From Camelus ferus (Eukaryota): DNA of 64,000 nt. The position numbers and the translations under genes were made by a program. Below the pieces are notes generated by a model, which saw only the letters and a list, made by a program, of their open reading frames with translations, was not told the DNA's origin and ran no database searches. The DNA lies in assembly GCF_009834535.1 (NCBI RefSeq), contig NC_045696.1:21144001-21208000 (forward strand). Reading direction: 5' to 3'. Positions 26,534 through 40,112 of this stretch are shown piece by piece (within the stretch, counting starts at the first letter, position 1; every line of letters starts with the position of its first letter).

Positions 26534-28239
26534 AACAATAGTATTTTTATTGTTCCCAAGTTTATAGCTCAGTTGATGGGTTCTTCAGGTCCTGGCTGAC
26601 TCAGCCTCACAGCTGTGATTACCTGTGGGCAAGGAAGGTGTCTCTGCTGATTGTGGCCGGGCTCCCTCACACGTATGGGGTGGGCTGGCTGTCAGTTGCT
26701 CCTGGACGGCCCAGCTCTTCCCCATGCGGTCTCTCACATCTCTTCAATAGGCCAACCTAGGTAAGTTTTCAGTAGATCACAAAGAAGCAAGAGAAAGGAG
26801 AAGTGCAAAAGGCCTCTTGAAGTCTTTCAGCTGATCCTCTACCACCTCTGACGCACCCCATTGGAGAAAGCCAGTTACAAGCCAGCCTATACTTTATTTC
26901 TGATCATAAAGTAAACGAGCTTTGGTGTTTTAAACTTTTATGTCTTTACTCAGCCAATACTGTACCTGTTGTCAAAAATGTCTTTAAAAGGAGTGAAAAA
27001 TTGACAGGTGGAGAGGGAATCTCCAAGAAGAAACCTGGAGCTAAGTAATTGTTTGCATGCTTATCCTTCTTACTGCATTGATAACTTTCCCTCCAAGAAC
27101 AGATCTGTCTTATTAACTATTGTGTTGATTTTTTTTTATTACTCCTTCATTCCTGAAAGTCCCATGTGTACCAGTCATTCTACTAGGCACCGTGGATTCA
27201 AATTTCAATCAATTTTCCCTTACATATTTTTCTTCTCCATTTCTTTTGAATTCACATCTAGTTTAGTTCTCTTTTTTCAGAAAGATGTCCCATTCATTTT
27301 ACTGTCAAACTTTTCAAAGTTATATTACAAATCTCATTTCTATCAGTCCAGGCTCTGTTATAGGTATATTTTGAAACAGACCCTTTTAAGTTCCACAAGC
27401 ATATTAACTGACAAGGTAGAGGCAGGAGTAATTAGACCATGAAATATATACTGCAGGGTCACCTTACATCTCCAGTGTAAATCATGATTCAAAACACTAA
27501 GTCAGCCACATTTTGACAAGGAGCCTTCAGCTAATTCCTTTATCTTTGGAGCAACTCACCCCTTAGTAGAAGTTGTTAATATTGGAAATGTATAAACAAC
27601 ACAACTTATTGATGCATATATGTACCTTCTTTTGAATGTGGAAATTCTCTCTCTCCCCTGCATACTAGTTTATTGAAAAGTCTCTTTGATTTATGTTCTT
27701 GGTTATGTTCTGAATAAAAAGAAGGAAGCATCATAGGCTCTTATTTTGCATACCTGAAATAAAATTTGGGAAGGTCAAATGCTAAAGAAGACAAGTCAAG
27801 TTAGTTTTTATTATTTCCATAGATTTTCTTACTGAATAGGAAAACTTTTCTTCTGAGGCTACTTTTAGAAAGAAAAAAATGAAAGGTCACTCAAAACTCA
27901 TGTAAATGATTGAAACAGAGATGACTCTACCAAAAATCCCAACATCTTATGCTTATGGTTATTGAGTTAAGTAGTATGCAAAAGAGAAGGATCCCGGAGC
28001 GTGATATAAACTTTGATTGAGCACTACTTTTGAAAACCCCTAACTCTAGCAAATAACAAGAGATTTGGTTTGCCTTTACTACAAGCACAAATAGAAACAT
28101 CCCTTATAAAAGAGTGAATTGGCTGTCTAAGATGTCAGAGTACCGAGACATAGCATAGACTGTTGTAATAGGAAATGCAGTTTTCATTGTGAGTATAGAA
28201 TGTTTATTTTAAGTTGTATTTATGATTAAGTAAAAAGAA

Positions 28240-28470
28240 TATAGGTTTCAGAGTTGGAGAAAATTAGGTTTTCTTTCTGGATGAACTGTTCACTAGCTGA
28301 ATATTTTAGTAAATGACTTAAACTCCTTAAATTTTCATTCCTTCCTTGAAAATGCTGATGCCAATACCTACTTTAAGAGATTGTTGTGAAGCATAGAACA
28401 ATCTGTGCAACACATCCAGTTTGATCTCTGGCATAGAATATGTGCTCGTATGGCTGTTATTATTATGATT
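28240..28470 (+). mobile_element. MIR SINE
   Basis: 'cactagctga...aaatgacttaaactcctt...gaaaatgctgatgccaatacctac...gattgttgtgaag...ctggcatagaatatgtgctc'. Confidence 0.7.
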
Positions 28471-28536
28471 GCTATTTTATGGATTTTGTTATTATTGAGA
28501 AAGTAGCTCAAAACAATAACTCTTAATGTGTAATTA

Positions 28537-28570
28537 ATTTTAACATGTAATTCATTTTAACATGTAATTC
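28537..28570. repeat. Perfect 17-bp tandem duplication (attttaacatgtaattc x2)
   Basis: Read directly from the sequence. Confidence 0.9.
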
Positions 28571-31500
28571 TTATATAAAAAAGTGAACAACTGATCACAA
28601 AATATTTGATAATTTTCCCTATGTCTAAGGAAATCAAGGAAAGCACAGGGAAGAAACGATGGATTTCTCTATAGCATGTACTTACATACTCCAAAAATCT
28701 TGACCTCTGAACTAACTAATTTCTTAAAAGTCAAAGTGGTATTGATTTGACTTTCTAAACTGAAATGAGTTTTGCCCAGTTAAACAATTAAACAAGTTGT
28801 GAGTAATGTTTATTAAACTGTAGTCTAGTAACTTCAGTTAATTCTAGAGAGATTAATTCCTAAAAACAGTCAAAAAAGAAAGCATAGTTCAGTGTATGTT
28901 GATGACTTAAATGTGGCATTTGTTCAATCCTGCTAAACCAGTTTGAGGAAAGTAAAACCAGGATTCATTCTAAAACTTCCCTTCGTGTGAAATGCCTTAA
29001 GTCAATTACTGGTTTTTTTTGTTCCCTATTTGATAATACACGAAAGCAAACATTTTTTAAGTGAAATAATGAAAAAGAAATTCTATACCATCAATTTATT
29101 CATTAATGTAACAGTTTTCAACCTTACTTTCTGTTGCTTGTTCTAGAATTATCAAATGCTAGATGCATATACACATTTAAATAAAGGTATTAGAGATGGA
29201 TTTTCAAAATAAAATAATATTCTGAAAGTAACCATGGCTTATGACAATGTTTGAAATAAAACTAGAAAACAAACTTTATCAAAAATATTTTCCTCTGGGT
29301 AAATAATTTTAATAAGTTAATAATAAAATGTGCTTATATACGACTCCAAACTTAGAAAATACCTTTCTACTATGTAAATAAGCGTGGTAGCATTATTACA
29401 AATTCATTGTCATCATAATTTGCATTTTAGATTGTTAGATTAATTAGGATATTAATTTCCAGAGGTGCAGAATAAAACCAATTGCCATGATTTTATTACC
29501 TGTACATGTTTTAATGAAATTTTATACATATGAAATACATATCAAAAGGAAAAGTCATTTGTTATAAAAGCATAAAGACAGAACTATATAATGTACAAAA
29601 AACCCAACTTTTCATCTCTTTAGAAAACAGTTTATTCATTAAAATATTGTTCAAGTTTAATACATGAAATTTAAATTATAAGTTCTTCCATTTTTCATAA
29701 TTTACTAACCTGGCTAATCAGTTCTAACTCTCAAAGCATTTTTCCCTTTTTCTGCTATATTAGGACATGTTCAAGATTTGTACAAGATATTCTTACAATT
29801 GAGAGTTTTTTTTTTCTTTTGAGATTTGAATTTTATCACCAGAAATATAAAAAACTCTTAGTGTTTTAGAAATTTCAGAGTAATTTGCAGGTGCAGCCTA
29901 CAACCTTTATAAATATTTTGCCAGACATAGTAACTTACTGGTCTTTATTGAGTGATCACCTTTCCCTTTTGAAGCCATCTTCAAATGGTGTTAACAATCT
30001 CCATCATTAAAGCACAGTCGGATTTTTGAGAGATATTCAGATGATCACCTGCCAGTAAAAGGACCTTTAAGAGAAAACATGTTCTAACCGTAGGAAATAA
30101 AGTGAAAGTGTATCTGTGTGTGCTTTCAGTGTCATATTGTGCTATTAATGGGCCCACTTGAGGATTATTTTATTTTCTAGAAGAATGGGTCTTTGTTTTG
30201 ACTTTATATGCTAATTGGTTAGTGCCAGACACTGGAAAGTTACATGCTTACTTGTAGGTATCTGTCCAGCGGAAAAGGTATCACCCAAGATTATAGTGTC
30301 ACTGTCCTCAAGGAGCTAAACCAGTGTTACAGTTAAACTAGTGAACTTGAATGCCTTTTCCTAATAGACTATGTAAACACTTAGTCCTCAGATGTTCTTG
30401 GAATCAGCCTTCCCATGTTACTTGTTCCCTCATTAGTTAAAAAATTGAATAAAAATTTTGACTTGTATTTATTCTATTTTAAAATAAGGATCATGTTTTT
30501 AAATTCTGAAAATTACACTTTGATAGAATGAAATTTAAAGGAATAGTGACTGCCCAAATTAAAAATAATTTAAAATCATTAAAATTTAATAATTAAAATG
30601 AATACTTTAAAAAAATATTTAAAACCCTGATGAAAAGGAAAAGCCAGTCTCACTGTTTTTAGTTTCTTTTGTGTAAGCTTATGCTGTCTTTAAGATCAGC
30701 TAAAGTATCATTTTGGTTTCTATTATTTATTATGCAGTAGTTCCTAATGTCAGTAGAAATCTATTTCTTATCATTGTATGTGCCTGTTTATAAAATATCC
30801 ATTTTGCTGTATTCATACAGTTCGGAACAAAAGAGACCTGAGAAAGAGACGGTATCTGATTGAGGGAATCTGATTGCCTCTGGAAAGCCAAGAGGAAGTC
30901 TGGCTGTGAATGCTAAGTGCTGCTGGCTACAGCTCTTTGGAGCAGTATTTCTTGTCCTGTCAGATAAGTTCAACAAGGTAGAAAAGTTATGGTCTACCTC
31001 GAGGTTTCCCTTGTAAAGGATGTTTACCTGTAAGGCCGTTAGAGTGCACTTAGTGCCCTGAAGAGCAAGCCTTTGACCTCATGACAAGGAAAGCAGGGAC
31101 AAGATGAAACGCTGCTTTTGGAGGGCATAGCATTCTGTCAGAGGTGGCGCCAACTCCTCTTTAATTATTCAAAGAAATTGCACCCTGAATGTCTGTACGT
31201 TTACCGAATCCAGAGAGAAAACATTGATGTAGAGAATGAAAAAAGGATTGTGTGATGTCTCAGTGCCTTAAGATTTAATCCAAAATAATGGATCAGGATC
31301 ATTTACAAGCTTACAAATAGTACAGCTGTTAATATTTTTTATATTCTCACCTAATATTTCAGCTGTGGAGAGAGGCCATAACCAGTTATTAAAGAGTGAA
31401 TAGTGATAATAATAGTTACTGCCTCAAAGTGCTGTTGAGAGACTTGAAGGAGGCAGTGCATGTAAACTCTTGGCAGTTTAGTTGGCAAATACTAAGCACT

Positions 31501-32839
31501 TTGTATTATATATTGTTTTATTAGAGACTGTAGTAGGTTGAAAATAAAGAGAATTTCTCTTCTTTATATATTCTATCAACCTTTTTGCCTTTACTTTTAT
31601 AATCTCTCATTCTTTTGTGACATATTTTCTACCCGTTCTTTGCAGTGTCTTTCAGCACCGTTATTAGAGAAAACAAAATCTGAGCATGAATTCACTGGAT
31701 CTTTAACAATACTTATCACCTTCTCCAGACACCTGTCAGAACCACAACTGTTATGTAGAAATAATAAAAATAGTGAAGAAAAAATACAATTAAGTGTTAC
31801 ATAGAAATTATTTTTCAACATTATTGCAAATCCTTAAATTTAATCTAAAGTGAAAGTGGAGAGTGTTGAAAATGATGTTAAATGCATCAATTGTTTGAAA
31901 TGATCTATTTTCTTAAAAATATCCTCAAACCAAACATATACCATCTCTATGGTACAACAATTTTACATTGCTGAACTATAATTGGTTTTCTGGACTGGAT
32001 GGCAGATTTCCATTGATCCACATTCACTTGTTAGCTCTTTGATCTTCAGCCTGGTGAGTAATAGCCAGGTGATAGAAGAATTTGAAGATTCTGAGAAAGG
32101 GGATGGACATGAGGAGAGAGACTAGCCTGAAATAAGAAATTGGATGCCTTCACCATCATGATGAGAGGAAAAGAGGAAAGAACATACATTTATATATATA
32201 AATTGAATATATCAAATCATTTAATACCCATATATATACACACATACATATATGAATCTTCCAATAGGTTATACAAAATATTCATAAACTTTCCCAAAAC
32301 TATCTTCTTAATCATAGAACATCTTTTTTCTGAATACAAACTAATTTACGAGCAAACATTAGGAAAAAGTCTGTTTTAGAAATGGGCTGATCCAAGGGTG
32401 GATAGCAAGTCTTTGTCCCTTTCTTTTATACACTCACTTAGAAGTGGTCTCTTGATTGATTGATCGTCTTACCCTTAGAATGCTTAGTCATGCTCATTAC
32501 CTTTTGCACATGTCCTCATCCGTGATGCACACAGAAAAACTCATGGGGGAGCCTAAACTGCAATGCTGATTATATTACAATGGTCACTGGGCCATGTCTG
32601 GTTAGGTTCTCGTCACTACCACGCAGTTGCGGCTGTCAGGTTCTAACCAGTTTTTGCTGGCACTCATTTAGAAGAAGTAAAATCCCTTTATGCTGCAAGC
32701 AGGCGTAATGCCATCTTCTGGACCATCCCCCTTCTCCTCCACCTATCTGCCCAGTGCCCCCACTTATCTAACTACCTAACAGGTTCACATATTTCATGGT
32801 ATGTGTTTGTTTCTTTTCACTCAACACCTAAAATACATT

Positions 32840-34370
32840 ACATGAAATTTTATGTCCAGTCTGGTTTAAAATTGATTCTTTAAATTTTATCTGAAATGTA
32901 CTTATTCATTGAGAAAGATATTGAAGTCATCATAAGTAATAGTTCTCAATCTACTAATTCAGTTCTTTCATTTTTGATTTAGGTATTATATACTCAATTT
33001 TCTTCAAGGTGATTGCTCATTTTAGATTTCAGCTTCCTTTATCTGTACTGACTTTATCAGTTCCCAAACATTCTATTTTCAACTAATGTTACTTTTGATT
33101 TTTTTTACTGTGTTTCTTTTCTATTAATTAATATCTATATCATTCCTCTCTCTTAATCAGATCATTTTACTTTTGTTACAAGATAGCAATTGATTCTCTC
33201 AGTGAGAGGCACTGTTGATACTGTCTCATGCTCTTTAATTCTCTCTTACTTCTTTTCTCTATAGAAAAATACATTGATAATATTTTAAAGCTCTCCCCAT
33301 TTCCCCTTTCACACAAGGAGACCTATGGAAAAACTTGAACTTCTTTTCTCTCATGCTTCATGCCTACCCTGGATTTTGGCTATGATAGTATAGTTATTAT
33401 TAGAATTGTCTTTTTGTGGGTCTTATGCAGCTCTCAAGCAGTTCCAGAAAGTACACACTTATCCATTATGAGTTTATTCTATAAATATATTTTATATTAT
33501 TATATGTTACATATGTATATAAAATAAAATACATATAAAAACAATTTATAGTATGAATTATATATTATGTACATTTATTTACACAGATGCATGTATCTGT
33601 GTATAAATTCTACAAATATTGATTTATTTATGTCAATGTCTATAAGCACTATCGATCTACCATTCCATCTTCCTTTCATTGTTACGTTTGGAGATCTTGA
33701 TTTTGGTTAATATTTGGTTTGATGGTAGTTTATTTTTTTTCCAAATGTTTTTCTTAGGCTTGATAGTTGAGGAATGCTTCCTAAAACTCTGGCATATCTT
33801 CAGATATCTTTGTGCATCTGCGATGCAGATGACAAAGTGAGTAGATTTGGAATTCCTGGGCTGAAACCCTTTTCTTTCAGTAGTTCGTAAGTGGTTTTCT
33901 GTGTTTAGCTGCTGATAATGCAACAATGTCAATCAGATTTATTTTCCTCTGCTTGTTAATTATCTTTGCATATGGAGACTTATAAAATTATTTCTTTAGC
34001 ATTAGAAATCATGCTTTTATCAGAAGAGATGTTCTTTCTCATCAGTAAAGCCTAAAGCTCAATGACCTCTCTCAATATGACGAAACTGTTGTTTATTCAG
34101 CTCAGAGAATTTTCTTCAATTAATTGTCTTTGTTATTCCTGATCCTCCATCTGTCCCTTTTCCTCCCTTTAAAACTCTTATTCTTTTCTTGCTATTTTTC
34201 CTCAACCTGTTAAGTCACTAATTTCAGTCTCAATTTCTTCTCATTTAATCCAACTTCCAAATGCATCTTCTTGAGTGCTTAAAACAAATCAGGTGTCCAG
34301 CTGTCTCCTCTAGCTGGTCTTTTTCTCTTGCCATGTATTTCAAATTTTCCATCTTATCTTTCTCTACCTC
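32840..34370 (-). mobile_element. Ancient L1ME/HAL1-like fragment
   Basis: T-rich; 'gatttggaattcctgggctgaaacccttttctttcag' and 'ttattcagctcagagaattttcttc' resemble antisense ORF1 of old L1s. Confidence 0.5.
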
Positions 34371-35179
34371 CTGAGGCCTACCAGATAAGCCCAAATTTTA
34401 ATCTACCAATGAATTGAGACTAAGATTTTAATATTTAAGTATCTTCCCTGGACAGAATCCTCAGGGTCTCAGAAGCAAATGGGACTCCCTGTCTGGGCAC
34501 TGTGGATTAAGGGTGGACTGTCACCACCCTCCTAAGGTAATTGGAAGAGTCCTTTCCACTGTCTGTTATTTGTTTACTTCCAACCTTCTCAGTAATGAAG
34601 AATCAGCTCACTTGTTTCCAATCTGGGCTCCCCGAGGCCAGAGATTTCTGGCCCACAGCCTAGAGGGAAAGTCAACCTTCAGTCTTCACTTGGAACACTC
34701 TCCCACCTGGGTTCTGCAGCTCTCTGGACACCAGGCACTTTAAAGAGTAAGTCATACAGCAAAACTGAAAAGGACATTTTTATCTCCTGTAGCCATGGAG
34801 CTGATATAAAGAAAAAGAACACAAGTTATTGATTATACAAGTAAAAAGGTTACAATGCAAATGAAATTCAGAACCTCTCTGGAGCTCTTAAGTGAAAGCA
34901 AGAATGACAATTAGAAAAAATTGGAACGATTAAATTTGTAGGATTTAATTGATTGCACACCACATTCAATCCTCTTTGATTCTGTTTTAAAAAAATCTAT
35001 TGCTCTAAGATTGTTAGCATTCCTTTGATTTAAGACTCTTTAATAACCTCATTTAAAGTAGATGCCTTTCAAGGAGATACTGGTTATTTTTACAGTCCAC
35101 AAGTATAGCTCTCAGGTTGTCCTGAGCCATACTGACAGAAGAATTAAGATGATTTATGGCCTGAGAGAAGATTGACAGG

Positions 35180-37610
35180 TTATCTAGTTTTAATTCTGCT
35201 ATTTACATCAACCAAAACCTGGGAATTCATGTAATTCGTGTAAGAAGAGATTATACATGTGTTATTTCAGGGAGAAAAAAATCATAACATTACATGGGGT
35301 CAAATTATTAATATGGATTAGAGCTTGAGCAGTGATAAGTATCTCTAATAATTTATTTGGTGGATAACTGAAATCTGGACTCAATATTGGCCTACATTAA
35401 ATTAAGTTGAGATATTGAACCTTAATTTGTCTCTAATGCAGAAGGAAATGACAGTGCTTAGGGAGAGAAGCTATCTATGGAGGATTCTTCATGGGTTATT
35501 TACTCATCCTAACTAATCATGCTCCTAAGTGGGGCTCTTCAATTGCTTTCCCTTCTCCCTGGATCTTCCTTCATTTTCTCTGACTCCTTGGCCACGTGTA
35601 GTGTATGTGTTTTTAACCCCACGGCCAGGGGCTCTGGCTTCTACAGGCTGCCCTCATCATCAAGATCAGAGACAACAACAACAACAACAAAAAGCACAAT
35701 TTTCAGTCTATCCTCCTGTGGTTCCAGCTGTTTTGTTATCTTCTCGTCCTGCCTATGGACTTCAGTCTCCAGTATTAACAGCAGGAACACCCTTGTAAAG
35801 ATTTAGTTAACCCCATACTTACATAAGTTAGTACCTATAATAAATATCTCACTGGTTCAGCTCTTTGATTGGACCCTGACTGAAACAAAAGGAAACCTAG
35901 TAATATTTTCCTTAATACATATAATAGAGGAACAGAAAAAAAAAAAAAAGAAACAGAAACAAACCTAAGTGGAATGAAGACGCTTGAGGTGAGGCATCAA
36001 GTTGGAGAATCAAGAGCCTCTAACCTAATTGTCAGATTTGAACCGATATACAGACTTTAGAGATCCTGCAGGAATGGAGAAACTGGGTTTCCTTAAAGGT
36101 GGATCCTAGCAACAAAAATATAAATACGTAATGGAAATAGTCATCTTAGTTTTCTCCAAAGGGACCTGTGAACATTTTAGGGTAACTTGCTTTGGACAAA
36201 GAGAAGTATCCAGACCTTTTAAACATTGCTCAATGCACAGCTCTGAACTGACATGAATTTTTGATCATCCAAAAAGGCACTTGCATGCCTTTACTCAGAG
36301 TGGGGGCTTATGGAGGTCAGTTGAGAAATAAAATGTTGGCCCGAATCCATCTCTTAGTGGGCTTGGGAAAAGTGCAATAATGTTCTGTAGTTCTCTTTTT
36401 AAATTCCAAATGTATAGTTAACATATCTCTGTAGATGGTAAAATCCCCCACGCTGGTTTCCTGGCCCATGGGGTAAACGCTGTTATGGTACAAAGGAAAA
36501 GTGAAGGTCTCTGATCCATCATAGCCAAAAAGGGGGAAAAAAAGAACATTATCCATGATGCAATCTCAAAGAATTATGCCATCATCAAAGACTTGAAAGA
36601 TATAAGAATAGTGAGTTCTCATTTATCTCCGTTTAAAATGCCTCTTTGGCTGTAGAGAAATACCAGTTCTGGAGAATAAAAAGGAATTACTGTAAACTTA
36701 ATTAGAAATCACCTCCAGTTGCAACTGTCATTTCAGATGTAATTATAGAGCGGAGCAAATAACATGAAAGTCAGTAGCTGGTAAAAAGCTATTAATATGG
36801 CAAATACTTGCATCTATGTTATAATTAGAAAGGATCACCAGAGAGTTTGCTTTCATATGTCATGGAGGACAGCACATCTTCACTGTATCACCTCAGGAGT
36901 ATGTCAGCTCTGTTCTCTGTCATAATGTCCTACACAGGAAACTTGATTGTTTCACCATCCCTTTGAATGTAATACTATCTTACCATACTGATAACATGGA
37001 AATTGGATCATGGTGGTCAAGATATAGCAAATGACCTTTAGATATATTTGTAAGAGGTAAGTTCCAAAAGGTGGAAGATAAATTCTGTGAAAATTCAGAA
37101 AGCATGAATGTTATGCATGAAGTCACTAAGAAGGACTTCCCTTCAATAGGGCCTGTGTAGTGGAGTGACCAATCTCCAACTTCAAAGACTAATGTTAAAT
37201 TTCTAATAGGATATCTTTTCCCAAGAGAAACAGTCTGATAACTGAAGGAAGTTGAATTATATTTAATCCCTTCTGTCACATAGGAGAGAAGGGTAGAGAT
37301 AATAATTCATCTTCATTAAAATGAAGACTCAGGTTATGGATATTTTTTCCTGCCCAAAATTCTTTCAGTCTCACCATATTGGACTTACTGAATACTTTAT
37401 TCAACATCATAGTATTCACACAACACTGTTCCTGAATAAATAAATCATTTTACAGCCAAAGAAACAAGAGAATTTGCTTACTATTATGAAGTTCATTGGT
37501 CTTTCCATGTACCCCCATTTCTAGAAGCAGCTGGACTAATTAATATAAATTGAGATGGCCTGCTGAAGACTTAGTTATTATGCTGGTTGAATGATAATAA
37601 CGTGTCATGC
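35180..37610 (+). mobile_element. ERVL internal sequence (decayed gag, protease, RT, integrase) with large deletions
   Basis: gag-like at 35330-35510; protease region 'ctcagagtgggggcttatggaggtcag' (RVGAYGGQ) at about 36297; RT start 'gccatcatcaaagacttgaaagat' (AIIKDLKD) at about 36578; integrase 'cattttacagccaaagaa...cattggtctttccatgtaccc...gaagcagctggactaatt' (HFTAKE...HWSFHVP...EAAGLI) at 37446-37541. Confidence 0.88.
35525..35887 (+). mobile_element. ERVL-family LTR 3' portion lying inside the ERVL internal sequence
   Basis: Ends 'aataaatatctcactggttcagctctttgattggaccctgactgaaaca', an MLT2/LTR52-like terminus with a polyA signal; contains (CAA)n at about 35673-35689. Confidence 0.65.
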
Positions 37611-39616
37611 CAAAATGGCTACTATATAGCTGGAAAAGTACACCAAATGTTGGAATAAATGTAAAAGATTTGGATTCTGTTCTTGACTCTATCTTTAGTT
37701 AATTTGATAGAGTGAAACAAATCAGAATAAGTGTTTGTATTTAAAAAAGAAAAGCAGTTGTTTTCCAGGAAGAACAGAAGTATCCAAGGTGTTCCAGAAA
37801 GATCCAATGGTTAAAAGATTACAACCAATATTAAAAAATCTATTTAATTTTAAATCAAATGCCAATTAAAAAATTCTGAAAAGCTTCTTGTGGATATTAT
37901 GTGGTTCTATGTGGTTATTAGTGGCTATCAGAGGAGCACAATTGTGAGTTCATCTGTCATTTTATCATGTGAACAAACAACAGTGTTTGACATGTTGAAC
38001 TTTTAACTGTTATATCATTTTAATGTGTTTTTATTTTTATTTAAATGTATACTTAATTTTTGCTTATACTGGTCAAAGTTGGTAGAAATTCTTAGCAGTT
38101 TTGAACAAATTTCGTACTTTGCAAAAGTTTTGAATAATATTTTGAATTCACTAAACTTTAAAAGACATTTATGATTGGAAAAAGTGATTAATGTACAGTA
38201 AAATTCATGGTTCCAGTGAATAATGAGAAATGAACTCTTCTTTCATTTATGGTTGATTAAGATCTCATAGCAATACCTTATTTTTGGCATGCAGGTGAAA
38301 ATCAGAGTTGAATAATTATGATTGCAAAAGAAATAACAATGCTGAACATTCCAAAGTGAGCATCATAAACCTAATAAAATATCAAGCTTTAGAAGTTAAT
38401 GTTGGTAGAGGATTTTTACATTCTTAGGAAAAAACTAATAAACAAAATTAAAAAAATGAGAGAAACGTATTTTTAATGAAGTTGGAATGAGGATTACTAT
38501 AAGACAATTAAAAGCAACTGTGTGAACATTATAAATCACACGTCATTGAGTTTTAATTATGAATGCCTTTGACAAGACTAGGTAAATGCTGATAAGCTCT
38601 CAAAACAGATCAACCTCATCAGTGTGGCTGAGAAAATCATGTATTTTATTTATCTTCTGCTCATAGATTAATCTCAATAGAATTAATATTTTTTGGGAAT
38701 TGGTTCTCTGCCAAAATGTTCTTCATTCAAAGGAATTAGATTTAGAATAGTAATATTTAAAAGTATTTAATTAACATACAGGGATATTATTTGTCCCTCC
38801 CACAATTAGATGCCTCAAAAGAGGCCTGCTGTAATTTAGAATTACAGTCTTTTAAAGAGAAATAATCCTGTTGTCTGCTTGATGAAAACTTTATGTGGAT
38901 AGTTTCCAAATTTAAGAAATATATATAAATGTGATGATCAATGTCAACAGACTAATAGTAAGTAAAGCCTCACAAACATGTTGGTTTCACTCAGAAAAAT
39001 GAGTTTTTGAATTGTTAAGGGAGAACTTTGCTAGAAGAGCCCTTTCTCATGCTTTTCAAAACATAGCATGTAAAGAAATTCAAAGCTACCCCAGCTGAAG
39101 TTTAGGGGGAGCCTTGTAGTCTTATCCACTAAGTCCTGTTCCCAAAAAGTTCTTAAACATGCACAGTAAACCCCAAAGCTTGACAGAGCAGTGTGAAGGG
39201 CTTAAATAATTTTTAAACACTTGTACATGTAATAAGAAGTGTTAAAAAAAGGATATGAGGATATAGATTTGTCCTTATGCCAGGACACCCCGCCCCCCCC
39301 CCCAAACACCTCTAATCATGTTCAGTTGCACAAGTGCCCTTAAGTCTTGGAGGGAAAGAAAGAGCAACATGGCCGTGGCAGAAAGGACGAATGCAGCTGG
39401 AAGAAGTTTTCAAGAATCTTGAGTTGTATATCATGCATCATAATCCCTTCCAGCTTTTGAGAAAAAATGGAAGTATGTTTATGATTTACATTTCAAACTT
39501 CCAGACCAGCTTTTCTTAAAGTTTGTATTTGTGTCTATATATCTTTCCTACACGTGATTGGTAATATCACTTGCTTGTGGAAATCTCCCATATATGGCTG
39601 ATGCTTCTGATGTAAC

Positions 39617-40112
39617 TATTTAGAACTCTGAAGGGTCTGAGATTTTACCTTACTTGCAAGCTAACAAGTTAGCATGCCAGAGTTTCAGAGATATTAGCAG
39701 AAGTTCTAAAACTCCAGGGTCAGAAACAAAGAACAGTTTATTGCTCGTTGCAATTAAAATAGCCAGGGTATCAGCATTTGGTTCCTCGAGCTCTAATTTC
39801 CAAGAGTCAATGTGAAGAGAAGTGACCTGTCTATGCAGTGGGTTATTTTATACAAAGCCCACAATTTTAAATACCGGTCAGTAGGCATGCTTGTGCCTTC
39901 TTCTGTAAAGACCTACTTTATCCTTCAAGGCTTTAAATAAACCTGCTTCTGCTTCGATGTTGGAGGGTTCGATGGGGGCACACTGTATCATCCAAGGCTA
40001 TTTGCTGCTGCTCAGACATCCTTTAAAATATAGTTCAGAACAAAAGCAGTTGTACCTCTGCTTATAAGACATGTAGCAATACAAGAGATCCATGGACAGT
40101 TGCTTCCCAGTG
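39617..40112 (-). mobile_element. ERVL solo LTR, MER54/MER73/MER74-type
   Basis: Diagnostic 'gaactctgaagggtctgagattttaccttacttgcaagctaacaagttagc...actccagggtcagaaacaaag'. Confidence 0.8.

Larger units (their letters stand above)
25825..26890 (-). mobile_element. MaLR LTR (MLT1H-like), split by an LTR16-type insertion
   Basis: 'ttggttgcttaacacaa' [insertion] 'aacaatagtatttttattgttc...gggctccctcacacgtatggggtgggctggctgtc...ccccatgcggtctctc...cccattggagaaagccagttacaagccagcc'. Confidence 0.7.

Noticed and set aside
27008..27442. 144-aa plus-strand ORF
   Set aside because: GTG start, F/S/L/I-rich composition typical of T-rich non-coding DNA, no homology recognised
30800..30985. Exon-like segment after 'tattcatacag' with a possible donor 'aaggtaga'
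   Set aside because: All three plus-strand frames hit stops within about 55 nt; a non-coding exon cannot be supported from sequence alone
31135..31151. CTCF-like 'gtcagaggtggcgcc'
   Set aside because: Only the 3' half of the motif matches
31640..32062. Acceptor-like 'ttctttgcag/tctttcag' and donor-like 'ctggtgagt'
   Set aside because: No continuous frame or recognisable peptide; such signals are common by chance
35519..35806. ORFs with poly-T or poly-Q runs
   Set aside because: Produced by a (CAA)n microsatellite inside an LTR
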